A stretch of DNA of 53,311 nt, taken from positions 1 to 53,311 of IMG/VR virus record IMGVR_UViG_3300012853_000040. One strand, 5' to 3'. Shown one piece after another: positions 27,210-35,346 of the stretch. This DNA is from a virus (taxonomy: Duplodnaviria; Caudoviricetes). The notes below the pieces were generated by a model, which had not been told where the DNA came from, did no database searches, and was given only the letters and a program-made list of their open reading frames with translations. Position 1 is the first letter of the stretch; the number at the start of each line of letters is the position of its first letter. Position numbers and translations under genes: made by a program.

Positions 27210-28096
27210 GCCGACACCTCCGCCGCGATGTGCGGCCACGGCTCGTAGCCCTCGATCCACATGTCGCCGAGCGACCAGTGGTCCATGTCCCGGTGTTTCC
27301 CCGAGAGGGTCAGCGTCGGGAGCGGGCGCGGATCGCGCAGCACCTGCTGTTCCGCCTGGGTGACGTGGTTGCCGTACAGGTGGGCGTCGCCGATGCTGTG
27401 AACGAACTCGCCGGGCTGCCGGCCGAGGACATGCGCGAACATCGACAGCAGCAGGGCGTAGGAGGCGATGTTGAACGGCACCCCCAGGAAGGCGTCTCCG
27501 CTGCGCTGGTGCATGAACAGGTTCAGCCGCTCGTCGGCGCCGACGTAGAACTGGATCGCGATGCCGTGGCAGGGCGGCAGGGCCATGTCAGGCAGGTCAG
27601 CGGGGTTCCACAAAGTCATGACGTGGCGGCGACCGTAAGGGTCCGAGCCGAGCGACTGCAGGACGCTGTCGACCTGGTCGACAGGATAGGAGATGACGGC
27701 GGGAGTCTCGCCACCTTCGTCGTTCGGGAAAGACGACGGAATAGGCTGACCGGACCACGCCCGCATCTGCTTGCCGTAGATCGGTCCCAGGTCGCCCGTC
27801 TTCGGATCGGCCCATTCGTCCCAGATGGTGATGCCCTGCTCCTGCAACGGTCGGACGTTCGTGCTGCCGGAGAGGAACCACAGCAGCTCGCCCGCGATCA
27901 CGCGGAGCGGCAGGCGCTTGGTTGTCAGCAGCGGGAATCCGTGCGCCAGGTCGAAGCGCATCTGCCGGCCGAACAGCGACCGGGTGGCCGTGTCGTTCCG
28001 GGTTTCCCTGACTGGGGCGCGCAGCAGATCCCGCAGCAGGTCGAGATACTGCTGCTCAGGGTGGCGCGACAGAGCGGGGTGGCGGTGCAGGCTCAT
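27206..28096 (-). CDS. thyA: Thymidylate synthase
   Basis: FPLLTTK, ELLWFL.G.TN, IWDEWA, LPPCH, QRSGD.FLGVPFN, GDAHLY.NH; start re-called at ATG 28096. Confidence 0.95.
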   Translation of the reverse strand: MSLHRHPALSRHPEQQYLDLLRDLLRAPVRETRNDTATRSLFGRQMRFDLAHGFPLLTTKRLPLRVIAGELLWFLSGSTNVRPLQEQGITIWDEWADPKTGDLGPIYGKQMRAWSGQPIPSSFPNDEGGETPAVISYPVDQVDSVLQSLGSDPYGRRHVMTLWNPADLPDMALPPCHGIAIQFYVGADERLNLFMHQRSGDAFLGVPFNIASYALLLSMFAHVLGRQPGEFVHSIGDAHLYGNHVTQAEQQVLRDPRPLPTLTLSGKHRDMDHWSLGDMWIEGYEPWPHIAAEVSA

Positions 28097-28281
28097 CGAA
28101 CCACCTCCGCGCCGCCGTAAAGCGCCACGATGATCAGCAGCGCCTCGGCGCCGAGCAGCAGGAGCGTGGGGCCGGCGTTGAAGGTGCGCGACGGGACGCG
28201 GCGGCCGTTCTGCACGGCGGCCAGGATGGCGGCGCTGATCAGCATGGTAGCCAGCAGCCCTTTGGCGATGGTGGCGATCAT
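28093..28281 (-). CDS. Small two-TM membrane protein
   Basis: Two hydrophobic segments; ATGA-coupled. Confidence 0.65.
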   Translation of the reverse strand: MIATIAKGLLATMLISAAILAAVQNGRRVPSRTFNAGPTLLLLGAEALLIIVALYGGAEVVR

Positions 28282-28553
28282 CGGGCCACCTCCACCGTCT
28301 GGATTTCCTCGGGGGCCTGGCGGGTGCAGCCCTTGCCGCAGGGCTCGCTGTCACTCTGTGACACGGAGGCGCGAGGGCAGGTGGTGAGGTAGCGGGCCTT
28401 CCCGGCGTCGTGGAACCGGTAGACCTTGCAGCCGTCGATCGTCAGCAGGTGCGCGATCGGGATGTTCGGATTGTCGGTCGACTGGGTGCTGACCGGCTCG
28501 GCCGTGCAGGACGCCAGGGCGATGGCGATGGCGACGATGAGGGTGCGGATCAT
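28278..28553 (-). CDS. Small lipoprotein (DUF4884-like)
   Basis: Lipobox LASC; L.T.DGC.VYRF.D motif; start at ATG 28553. Confidence 0.7.
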   Translation of the reverse strand: MIRTLIVAIAIALASCTAEPVSTQSTDNPNIPIAHLLTIDGCKVYRFHDAGKARYLTTCPRASVSQSDSEPCGKGCTRQAPEEIQTVEVAR

Positions 28554-28894
28554 GCCGACGCCTCCAGCCACAGCGCGCGGTCGGCCCACGTCGCCATGCG
28601 GGAATGCAGCATGTCCCGCTCCTGGACGCTCAGGCGGCGAGCCGCGTACTCGGAGAGGAACGTCACCCGCGCGGCGGTGCGGCCGGCGATGTAGGCTTCA
28701 CCGCGGCCCGGCCAGTAGACGGACAGATGGACGTGGCCTCGAACCTGCTTCAGCAGCTTGGCGCCCTGATAGCCATCGGCGACGACCAGGATCTCGGGGA
28801 GCAGCGCGTATTCGGGGGTCAGGCGAACCGGCTTGTTGAGGCCCAGGAGGCGGGCGAGCGCCGAGGTGGCCGAGAGGAACAGCTTGCGGATCAT
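28550..28894 (-). CDS. Hypothetical protein
   Basis: ATGA-coupled at both ends. Confidence 0.6.
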   Translation of the reverse strand: MIRKLFLSATSALARLLGLNKPVRLTPEYALLPEILVVADGYQGAKLLKQVRGHVHLSVYWPGRGEAYIAGRTAARVTFLSEYAARRLSVQERDMLHSRMATWADRALWLEASA

Positions 28895-29478
28895 CTCGCG
28901 GGCTCCGCAACCACACCGCTAAGCGGGTCCGGCTTCTGGAACGGAACGAATCTCCACCCCTCGTACTTCCGGGTCAGGCGGGCGAACCGATGCACCGATG
29001 CCGCTAGGCCACGCTCACAGCGCTCCAGGCACAGGCGGAACACCTTGTCGCGCTTGTCCGCCTCATAGTCCGGCGAGCGGTACAGGGTCGTTCCGTCGAA
29101 ACTGATCCGACAGATGCCGTAGTCGAACCGGTGGGTGATCACCGAGCACTCGAAGTTGACCATGATGATCTGCACGGGCTCGGTGATGCCGTCGAAGTCG
29201 ATCTCGAAATGGCCGACCACGTCGTTGCCGTCGCCGACCGGGTACATCTTGTCCGGATCGATCTCGTCGCAGTCGAGGTCAGCGTCTTCGATCAGGCGCT
29301 GACGAAGATGGTAGAGATCACTGGAGCTGGTGCCGAAGACGAAGATGTCGATGTCGCCGACCGGGCGATCGTTATCCAGATCACGCAGGCAGCCGCCGCC
29401 GATCACGGCTTCAGTAGCGAACTGCTGCACGGTGGCGAGGGCCGCTTTCCAGTTGAGGGGGATGTTCACGACAAGCAC
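28891..29478 (-). CDS. Nucleotidyltransferase (CCA/poly(A) polymerase head-like)
   Basis: GGG.LRD.....P..DIDIF and FD..IC motifs; start may be GTG 29469. Confidence 0.8.
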   Translation of the reverse strand: MLVVNIPLNWKAALATVQQFATEAVIGGGCLRDLDNDRPVGDIDIFVFGTSSSDLYHLRQRLIEDADLDCDEIDPDKMYPVGDGNDVVGHFEIDFDGITEPVQIIMVNFECSVITHRFDYGICRISFDGTTLYRSPDYEADKRDKVFRLCLERCERGLAASVHRFARLTRKYEGWRFVPFQKPDPLSGVVAEPAR

Positions 29479-29633
29479 CCCATCGACCAGGTAAAGGCGA
29501 CAACCGAGGCGCCGAAGATGATGGACTCGCTCCGGTAGAGCGGGACACCACGGGTGAGGCTCATCGCGATCCCCGGCGCCTTCCAGGCCATGCCGAACAG
29601 CGACGCCAGCTTGATGATCAAGGTGATGTCCAT
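29466..29633 (-). CDS. Putative 55-aa membrane protein
   Basis: MDITLIIKLASLFGMAW...; fills the gap between coupled genes. Confidence 0.5.
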   Translation of the reverse strand: MDITLIIKLASLFGMAWKAPGIAMSLTRGVPLYRSESIIFGASVVAFTWSMGCLS

Positions 29634-29636
29634 TGG

Positions 29637-30266
29637 TCAGAACGCCTTGCCGCCGGCCTGCTGCCGGTTCGCGATCTGGTGGTCGTCACGGGTCGCGTTG
29701 TAGGCGCGCTTCTGGGCGATGACGTCCAGCAGATCGATGTCGTGGATGCGGGCAATCGCGAAGGCCTGGCGGACGCCGTTGGCCATGTTGCAGACGTACT
29801 GCTCGACCCGACCCTTGCGGTAATCCTCCATGGCGGAGGAGGTCAGCCTGACGAGCAGCATCAACTGCCCCTCGTGGGTGCGACAGCGCATCCGGGCATC
29901 GGTGAACGGCGGGGCCGCCTCAAAGACCGGCATCGTCGCGCCCAGCGACACCTCGGCGCCGATCTGGTCGAGTTGCCGGATCACGAAGTCGGCCAGCTCC
30001 ACGTCGAACATGGGCAGGTGGGGCAGCTTGTCGTCAGGGCGGCCGCCGTAGTCGAGGCCTTCAGCCGCCTCCGCCAGCTCGCTGACGGCCAGCATCAGCA
30101 TCTCGGGGCGGTTGCGCGTCGCGAGGATGGACTCGCCGGTCTTCAGGTTGGTCCACCAGCCGGCGACCAGGTTGCTGGCGTGGATCTCTGTGCAGAGCGA
30201 GGCGAGCATCGGCTTGGCCATGCCACCCAGGTCTTGGCGGTCGTCGATGTTGGTGTTGTCTGTCAT
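29637..30266 (-). CDS. MazG-like NTP pyrophosphohydrolase
   Basis: LML.VSEL.EA.EG, DDKLPH, VELAD..IR..D, K..YN..R.DH, GGKAF. Confidence 0.8.
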   Translation of the reverse strand: MTDNTNIDDRQDLGGMAKPMLASLCTEIHASNLVAGWWTNLKTGESILATRNRPEMLMLAVSELAEAAEGLDYGGRPDDKLPHLPMFDVELADFVIRQLDQIGAEVSLGATMPVFEAAPPFTDARMRCRTHEGQLMLLVRLTSSAMEDYRKGRVEQYVCNMANGVRQAFAIARIHDIDLLDVIAQKRAYNATRDDHQIANRQQAGGKAF

Positions 30267-30291
30267 GACGCGATCGGTCCCTGTCGCGGTT

Positions 30292-30347
30292 TCAACTCGA
30301 TGGTGAAACGCTACTTGGCGACTCGCTCACAGTCAACACGATGTTGA
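30292..30347 (-). promoter_or_regulatory. Leftward promoter of nucleotide-metabolism operon with two operators
   Basis: TTGACT-17 bp-TAGCGT; operators at 30292-30306 and 30333-30347. Confidence 0.72.
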
Positions 30348-30360
30348 AATAAAATCCGCC

Positions 30361-30470
30361 CTCCGATTTCCCTAACGGGGTGTGCTGGAGATTTCCCCGA
30401 GTGGGGTGAGCCTCCGATTTCCCTGAGCGGGGGTGTGCCGGCGTCCGATTTCCCCGAGTGGGGTGAGCCT
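30361..30470. repeat. Four tandem GATTTCCC..GGGGTG units
   Basis: GATTTCCC at 30365, 30390, 30416, 30447; exact 24-mer at 30390-30413 and 30447-30470. Confidence 0.85.
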
Positions 30471-30611
30471 GGCGGCGATCACCATCGGGTTGACATATCC
30501 CGCGCACCGTGATGCTGTGCGGGTTCTTGAACGCCTGCCGTGTCCAGTCGCACCCCGTCGCCGGAGAGTCCGCCATGAAGCGCTAAGTCCCCGCCTTTCA
30601 TCCCGTCATGC

Positions 30612-30645
30612 GAACGGCCGCCCCTGGATCAAAGGGCGGCCGTTT
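30612..30645. terminator. Hairpin terminator
   Basis: AACGGCCGCCC...GGGCGGCCGTT followed by TT. Confidence 0.55.
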
Positions 30646-30706
30646 TCGTGTCAGGGGAGGGGTGGGCGGCGGATGCGCAAGCGCTCGCATATGGGGGATT
30701 AGGGGC

Positions 30707-30788
30707 GGCCGGGCGCATGGTCAGCACCGGGCCGAAACCCAAGCGGGGCGGGCGTTTGGGGGTGGCCGGGCGCATGGTCAGCACCGGG
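30707..30788. repeat. 25-bp direct repeat x2 with 32-bp spacer
   Basis: GGCCGGGCGCATGGTCAGCACCGGG at 30707-30731 and 30764-30788. Confidence 0.85.
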
Positions 30789-30846
30789 GGCGGAAGCGGA
30801 ATCGCGCGCCAGGGTGACGACGGGCGCAAGGGTGGCCGGACAAACG

Positions 30847-30875
30847 AAAACCCCGCCAGCTCGCGCCAGCGGGGC
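30847..30875 (-). terminator. Intrinsic terminator of early leftward operon
   Basis: CCCCGC stem with T-tract on the minus strand. Confidence 0.65.
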
Positions 30876-30900
30876 TAAGGATTGAACGGGCGGCCAGGGG

Positions 30901-31065
30901 TCACGTCGGCCAGGGGTAAAGCAGAATGGCCCAAAGGATGACCGGTAGGGGCCAAAACCACCGGATCCGACGACTGAGACGGGCGCGGGCTTGGCGGACC
31001 TGTTCGGGCGTGGTCATCACCATGCAGATGATCAGGCATGACCCGACAAGTATTAGGCCGGTCAT
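30901..31065 (-). CDS. Small two-TM protein
   Basis: MTGLILVGSCLIICMV...FWPLPVILWAILL; ATGA coupling. Confidence 0.55.
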   Translation of the reverse strand: MTGLILVGSCLIICMVMTTPEQVRQARARLSRRIRWFWPLPVILWAILLYPWPT

Positions 31066-31274
31066 TGCAGCTCGCCGTCGTTCATCATCCGCGCAACCTC
31101 CCATGCGTTCGCCAGCCGGGCGGCCGCGACGTCGGCGTCGCTGAAAACGGGCGCCGTCTGGCCAAGTGCGCGGATCAGCTCCGGTTCATCCGTCCAGGTC
31201 AGAATCTCCGCGACGGTCGATTCATCCATCGTCAGGGCGCGGCGCGCAAGGTCCAGGGTTTGGGGCTCAGCCAT
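31062..31274 (-). CDS. Hypothetical protein
   Basis: 70 aa; GGAG SD. Confidence 0.6.
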   Translation of the reverse strand: MAEPQTLDLARRALTMDESTVAEILTWTDEPELIRALGQTAPVFSDADVAAARLANAWEVARMMNDGELQ

Positions 31275-31665
31275 GGGCGGGCCGCTCCGCTAGGGCTTCA
31301 TCCAGGGTCAAGCCGCGAGCCTTGGCGTCCGCCGCCTCCGCGACGTCGATAGCCTCCGCTTCAGTGGCGGCGTCACCCTCGCAGACGGCGAACCCTTCAC
31401 CTTGGACGCGTGAAACGGTCCAGCGGGGGAATGACGGCGAGCCGGACGGGTAAACGTGGAAGCCGCGCGAGCGGAGGGCGGCGAGGCGGGCGGCGGTGTC
31501 CAGGGGTTCAGGGGCGGCGAGGCCCGGCGGCATGGTCGCCGCGTGATGCGATTCCAGGTCGCCCGCCATCTCGCGAAGGGTGCGGGCGGCTGACAGAAAG
31601 GCCCCGTCATCGGCGTAGGTTTTCGCCAACGACACGCCGCGCCGAATCTTGGCGTGAATGTTCAT
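31267..31665 (-). CDS. Hypothetical early protein
   Basis: 132 aa; GGAGTCAC SD. Confidence 0.65.
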   Translation of the reverse strand: MNIHAKIRRGVSLAKTYADDGAFLSAARTLREMAGDLESHHAATMPPGLAAPEPLDTAARLAALRSRGFHVYPSGSPSFPRWTVSRVQGEGFAVCEGDAATEAEAIDVAEAADAKARGLTLDEALAERPAHG

Positions 31666-31760
31666 CAGGTGACTCCGTGCGCCCGGCTCATTCAGCCAAG
31701 GGTTAGGGCGCGTTCGCCTTGGGACGCGGCCGGGTGACCGCGTTTCGCCGTGGCGGGGCG

Positions 31761-32186
31761 TTATGCGAAGCGGATCAGGCCGTCGTCGCCTAGCTGGACG
31801 GTCAGGGGCGGGAAGTTGATGAGGCCGCCGACATAGTGGCCCTCTTGTCGCAGCCGCCAGAACACAGCGCCCGCATCCTCTGCGTCATCGCTATCGAGGC
31901 GACGCCTTGCCGCCTCACAATCCGTGATGATCCGCGCGAGGGTTTCCGGGGCGAGGTCGGAGAAGCCCGCCTCCCGGCATACGCCGCCCCGGCCATGCGG
32001 GAGGTCAAACCGGTCCGAAGTGTCAAGCGACCCGTTGGGCTCATTCTCGGCAAACAGCGCCTCGATATACCCTTGTGTGAAGGGCGAGAGGTCGCCCCAT
32101 TGAGTCGCCATCCCGTGCGTGAATCCGCGCGAGGTGTCCGGTGTCGGGGTGACTTCGCCGGACGTGTCGAGTTTGAAGGCGTTCAT
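31761..32186 (-). CDS. Early protein, paralog of 32224-32793
   Basis: DLSPFTQGYIEA.F..N, AGFSDLA.E.LA..I.DC; start re-called at ATG 32186. Confidence 0.7.
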   Translation of the reverse strand: MNAFKLDTSGEVTPTPDTSRGFTHGMATQWGDLSPFTQGYIEALFAENEPNGSLDTSDRFDLPHGRGGVCREAGFSDLAPETLARIITDCEAARRRLDSDDAEDAGAVFWRLRQEGHYVGGLINFPPLTVQLGDDGLIRFA

Positions 32187-32223
32187 AGCGTGAATCCTAA
32201 CTAGAAGGTTATGTGGCCGGGCG

Positions 32224-32793
32224 TCAGTCGAAGTGAACGCGACCGGTTTCCGGGTCGAAATAGGCGTTGACTTCGGAGTAGCGCGCGGCGTCGCTAAGTT
32301 CCTCGCCGACGTCATCGAGTCCACGGTCCCAAAACCCGACGCCGTGACCGTTGCGCGTGTACCAATAATCACGCCCGGCGGCCTCCGCATCATAGTCCCA
32401 GGCGGAGCGATGACTGTCGGGCAAGGTTCCGTCGCCGATGACGCGCGCGGGGAAACTGTGACCATAGGCAGTCGCGAGCGCGTCCGCGTTGTCGCGCTGG
32501 AAGGCGGCGCAATCGGCGATCATGGAAGCGAGGGACTCGTGCGCGAGGTCGCTAAATCCCGCGTCACCCGGCAACGTCCCGTCGCTCTGGCCTTCAGCAA
32601 GGTCCGACTCCCATTGTTTGGGGTCCGCCTCAATCGCGGCTTTGTCCCAAGCGGGGCTGTTTTCGGTGAAAAAGGCTGCCTCGATATATCCTTGGGTGAA
32701 GGGGTCCAGGTCGCTGAATCGGACGGGCGTTCCGGTGTCGGGGTTGGCGGGGTTCGGGACGGTCCCATGGGTGTAAAGCTGAAACTCAGGCAT
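32224..32793 (-). CDS. Acidic early protein, paralog of 31761-32186
   Basis: DLDPFTQGYIEA.F..N, AGFSDLA; AG.D.W.TRNGHG.GFWDR; start at ATG 32793. Confidence 0.72.
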   Translation of the reverse strand: MPEFQLYTHGTVPNPANPDTGTPVRFSDLDPFTQGYIEAAFFTENSPAWDKAAIEADPKQWESDLAEGQSDGTLPGDAGFSDLAHESLASMIADCAAFQRDNADALATAYGHSFPARVIGDGTLPDSHRSAWDYDAEAAGRDYWYTRNGHGVGFWDRGLDDVGEELSDAARYSEVNAYFDPETGRVHFD

Positions 32794-32835
32794 AGGGTGA
32801 CTCCTCAATAGAATGGTGAAATGACGGGCGCGGCT

Positions 32836-33288
32836 TTACAGGTCGACGCCAAGCGACGACGCAACGTCGCTAAGCAGGTATTCGACGGCGAACCGGATTC
32901 CGAAGGCGGCGGCCTCCGCTTCCTTCGCCCGTGCGTCGCCGTTCTCGCCCGTGTAGTCCGCCCATGTCTGACGGCGGGCCGTGGCGGCGATTATCAAGGT
33001 GGGCGTATAGTTGCCGTCACGATCAAGTGTCAGCGACGTGCTCTCGCTCCAGCCGACATTTTCAAGATAGTCCAGCACGGCGGCGCGCACGTCGCCGCGA
33101 TAGCGGTTAAACAGGTCCAGCACGTCTTTCGTGTAAATCAGGTCATTCCACCATCCGGTGTCAGTCCCGTTCGCGGCGTCGCGAAAAGCGGAGGCCGTGG
33201 ACTCGGCCGTCCGGCGCTTGCGCGGATAGGCATATTCGGTTGCGGAGGCGAGAACCGTCCGGCGAATGTAAGCTTTCAAGCGCTGCAT
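32836..33288 (-). CDS. Hypothetical early protein
   Basis: 150 aa; GAGGATTC SD. Confidence 0.65.
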   Translation of the reverse strand: MQRLKAYIRRTVLASATEYAYPRKRRTAESTASAFRDAANGTDTGWWNDLIYTKDVLDLFNRYRGDVRAAVLDYLENVGWSESTSLTLDRDGNYTPTLIIAATARRQTWADYTGENGDARAKEAEAAAFGIRFAVEYLLSDVASSLGVDL

Positions 33289-33323
33289 ATTGTTGAATCC
33301 TCACTAGAAAGGTGATGATGAAG

Positions 33324-33425
33324 TCAGCCGTGTAGGACGGCGCCTAAGCAAATCATGAAGGCGCAAAGGCCAGCGGCGGCCACGGCGGCGGCGGCTATTT
33401 CCAGAGTCAAGCGGAGCGCGCGCAT
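33324..33425 (-). CDS. Putative 33-aa membrane peptide
   Basis: MRALRLTLEIAAAAVAAAGLCAFMICLG...; TAATG coupling. Confidence 0.45.
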   Translation of the reverse strand: MRALRLTLEIAAAAVAAAGLCAFMICLGAVLHG

Positions 33426-34165
33426 TAGGCGATGACCTTTGATCCGGCGGCGCCGTTGAACGCGGCGGCGAGTCGGGCCTCGCCAGGCCAGAAAATCAGG
33501 CCGTCCGCGTCGCCGCTGGCCAGCTCAGCCCGCTTTGCACGGGCGGACCGGACCTCATCTAGCAGCGCCTCGACCTTGTCGCGGATGACACCGCAAAGCG
33601 TGGCGGACCCCCTGGCGCTTTTGCGGTCGCGGAGGATCGCCAAGGCGTCGCGGCGGGCCTTTGCAGCCTCATCGCCAAGCTCAGACCATCGCCGTCCCGC
33701 TTCAGATGCGGTCTGATACTCCCGCTCCGTCTCCGCGATACCCTCAGCGCACGAGTCGGCGGCATAGGCGGCGCCCGTCTCATCGCTATAGATGCGCGTG
33801 GTTTCTATTTCGGACGCCATGGATTCGCCCATGCTCCACCCCGCCAAGAAACCGCGTCCCTTGGGAAGCCGCATCACGACGCCGCGTATCTTGTCGCCGT
33901 CGCCGTGCGGGTCTGCCCACCATCCCATGTGGTCGATACGGGCGCCGGTCTCATCCGCCCATTGCCAGCGAAGGCCGGGCGCGAAGTCCGAGTCCAGATA
34001 GAAGCCCGCGCGGCCCGCGTTCGGGGCGGGCGCATGGGTATAGGGGCCGCACAACGACGGCCCGGAGGCGCGACGTTTGGCGAGGCGGGACGCGGGCGAT
34101 CCGCTAGGAAGCATGGCCGCTGCTTTTGGCCAGGTGAACCCGGCGAAGGTGAAGGGCTGTTGCAT
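33425..34165 (-). CDS. Hypothetical early protein
   Basis: 246 aa; first gene behind repeated promoter copy 1. Confidence 0.7.
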   Translation of the reverse strand: MQQPFTFAGFTWPKAAAMLPSGSPASRLAKRRASGPSLCGPYTHAPAPNAGRAGFYLDSDFAPGLRWQWADETGARIDHMGWWADPHGDGDKIRGVVMRLPKGRGFLAGWSMGESMASEIETTRIYSDETGAAYAADSCAEGIAETEREYQTASEAGRRWSELGDEAAKARRDALAILRDRKSARGSATLCGVIRDKVEALLDEVRSARAKRAELASGDADGLIFWPGEARLAAAFNGAAGSKVIA

Positions 34166-34173
34166 CTGGATGA

Positions 34174-34244
34174 CTCCGTTTCAGTCCGAAAAACTTAGGC
34201 GCGCTAAGGTGACGTGTCAACAATATAGTGAAACCTAGTCAACA
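34174..34244 (-). promoter_or_regulatory. Early promoter, 71-bp repeat copy 1
   Basis: TTGACA-17 bp-TAAGTT; operator at 34217-34231; one mismatch to 35253-35323. Confidence 0.85.
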
Positions 34245-34270
34245 AGACGGCGCGCGAGCTGGCGGCAGGG

Positions 34271-34531
34271 TTAATCGACGCGTTCCGGCTCCGCACCGTC
34301 CGGAACGCCCGCAAGCGTCATGGCTGGCGACAAGCTGACTTTCGGCAGTCGCGGATCATCGAAAGCGAGGCCGGAGACGGGCGGCCCCTCAACCGTCGCG
34401 ACGCTATCGGGCAGGACTAGGGCGACCTGAAACAGTTCGGCCGTGGTCATGTCTAGCGCCGCGTCCGCGCTTTCGGCGCGAATGTATGCGGTCGCGTGAA
34501 TGGTGACGGGAACGGCGAAAACCTTAGTCAT
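34271..34531 (-). CDS. Hypothetical early protein
   Basis: 86 aa; GGAGTC SD. Confidence 0.65.
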   Translation of the reverse strand: MTKVFAVPVTIHATAYIRAESADAALDMTTAELFQVALVLPDSVATVEGPPVSGLAFDDPRLPKVSLSPAMTLAGVPDGAEPERVD

Positions 34532-34560
34532 GGTGGACTCCAGGTGGAAGGGTTGAGCGG

Positions 34561-34776
34561 TCAGCCTAGAACGGCCGCCATAGGATCGGGCGGCGTCACG
34601 GCTTCAGCGACGCGGCGGCGGTCGCGGGCCTGACCGCTGACGCATTGACGACAAGCGCCGGTTGACGTGTACCGCTCGCCCGCCGGATGGCCGAACTTGC
34701 ACGGCGTGGCGGAGATGAAGAACCGCGCGCCAGCGTTGCGGGCGTCCAGGCGGGCGGGGTCGAGCTGGCGCGCCAC
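34561..34776 (-). CDS. Small Zn-finger protein, C-terminus DPMAAVLG
   Basis: PCK.GH...RY.STG.C..C. Confidence 0.7.
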   Translation of the reverse strand: MARQLDPARLDARNAGARFFISATPCKFGHPAGERYTSTGACRQCVSGQARDRRRVAEAVTPPDPMAAVLG

Positions 34777-34779
34777 GGG

Positions 34780-35244
34780 TCAGGCGTCCGCGCGGATGGC
34801 CAAGACGTCAACATAGGCGCCGCCGCCCTCGCGCATAATCCGCGTGGCAACGTCCTTCCAGGTTGTCGCCGTGGCCGGGGCGGGCGGCGACCCGTTCGGC
34901 CATTCATCTAGGACGGCGTTGCACAAGTCAGCGGCGGTCGCGTCGGCGCCAGACTCGCTAAGCGCTACCCGGACAACGCGGCCGGGCGTCTCGAACGACT
35001 CGGCGGTGACGATCCAGGCGACGGTAGCGGATCGCGCGACGATGGAATCATAGGGGAAGGCCGGATCGGGCGAGCGCTGATCGCATTCCATGCAATCCAG
35101 TTCGCGCCCGCCGTCGTCGTCGCGGGCTTGTAGCGTCCAGCCGTCCGCGTCGGGCGTCCAGCGCGCATCAACGGTGACGTAAAGGCCGCTCTTTGAGCCG
35201 TCGTTTCCGCAATGTGGGCAGACGGGTTTAGCCGGTTCGGTCAT
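34780..35244 (-). CDS. Zn-ribbon early protein
   Basis: CPHC...CMEC; first gene behind promoter copy 2. Confidence 0.65.
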   Translation of the reverse strand: MTEPAKPVCPHCGNDGSKSGLYVTVDARWTPDADGWTLQARDDDGGRELDCMECDQRSPDPAFPYDSIVARSATVAWIVTAESFETPGRVVRVALSESGADATAADLCNAVLDEWPNGSPPAPATATTWKDVATRIMREGGGAYVDVLAIRADA

Positions 35245-35252
35245 GGGTGGTG

Positions 35253-35323
35253 CTCCGTTTCAGTCCGAAAAACTTAGGCGCGCTAAGGTGACGTGTCAAC
35301 AACATAGTGAAACCTAGTCAACA
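35253..35323 (-). promoter_or_regulatory. Early promoter, 71-bp repeat copy 2
   Basis: Same as copy 1; operator at 35296-35310. Confidence 0.85.
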
Positions 35324-35346
35324 GGGCGGCCGGGCCGCGGCCCGGC

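Noticed and set aside
27206-28096. thyA as a base-hypermodification (hydroxymethylase) gene
   Set aside because: Canonical ThyA motifs including the dUMP-specifying Asn (VPFN); no glycosyltransferase or other modification enzymes recognised
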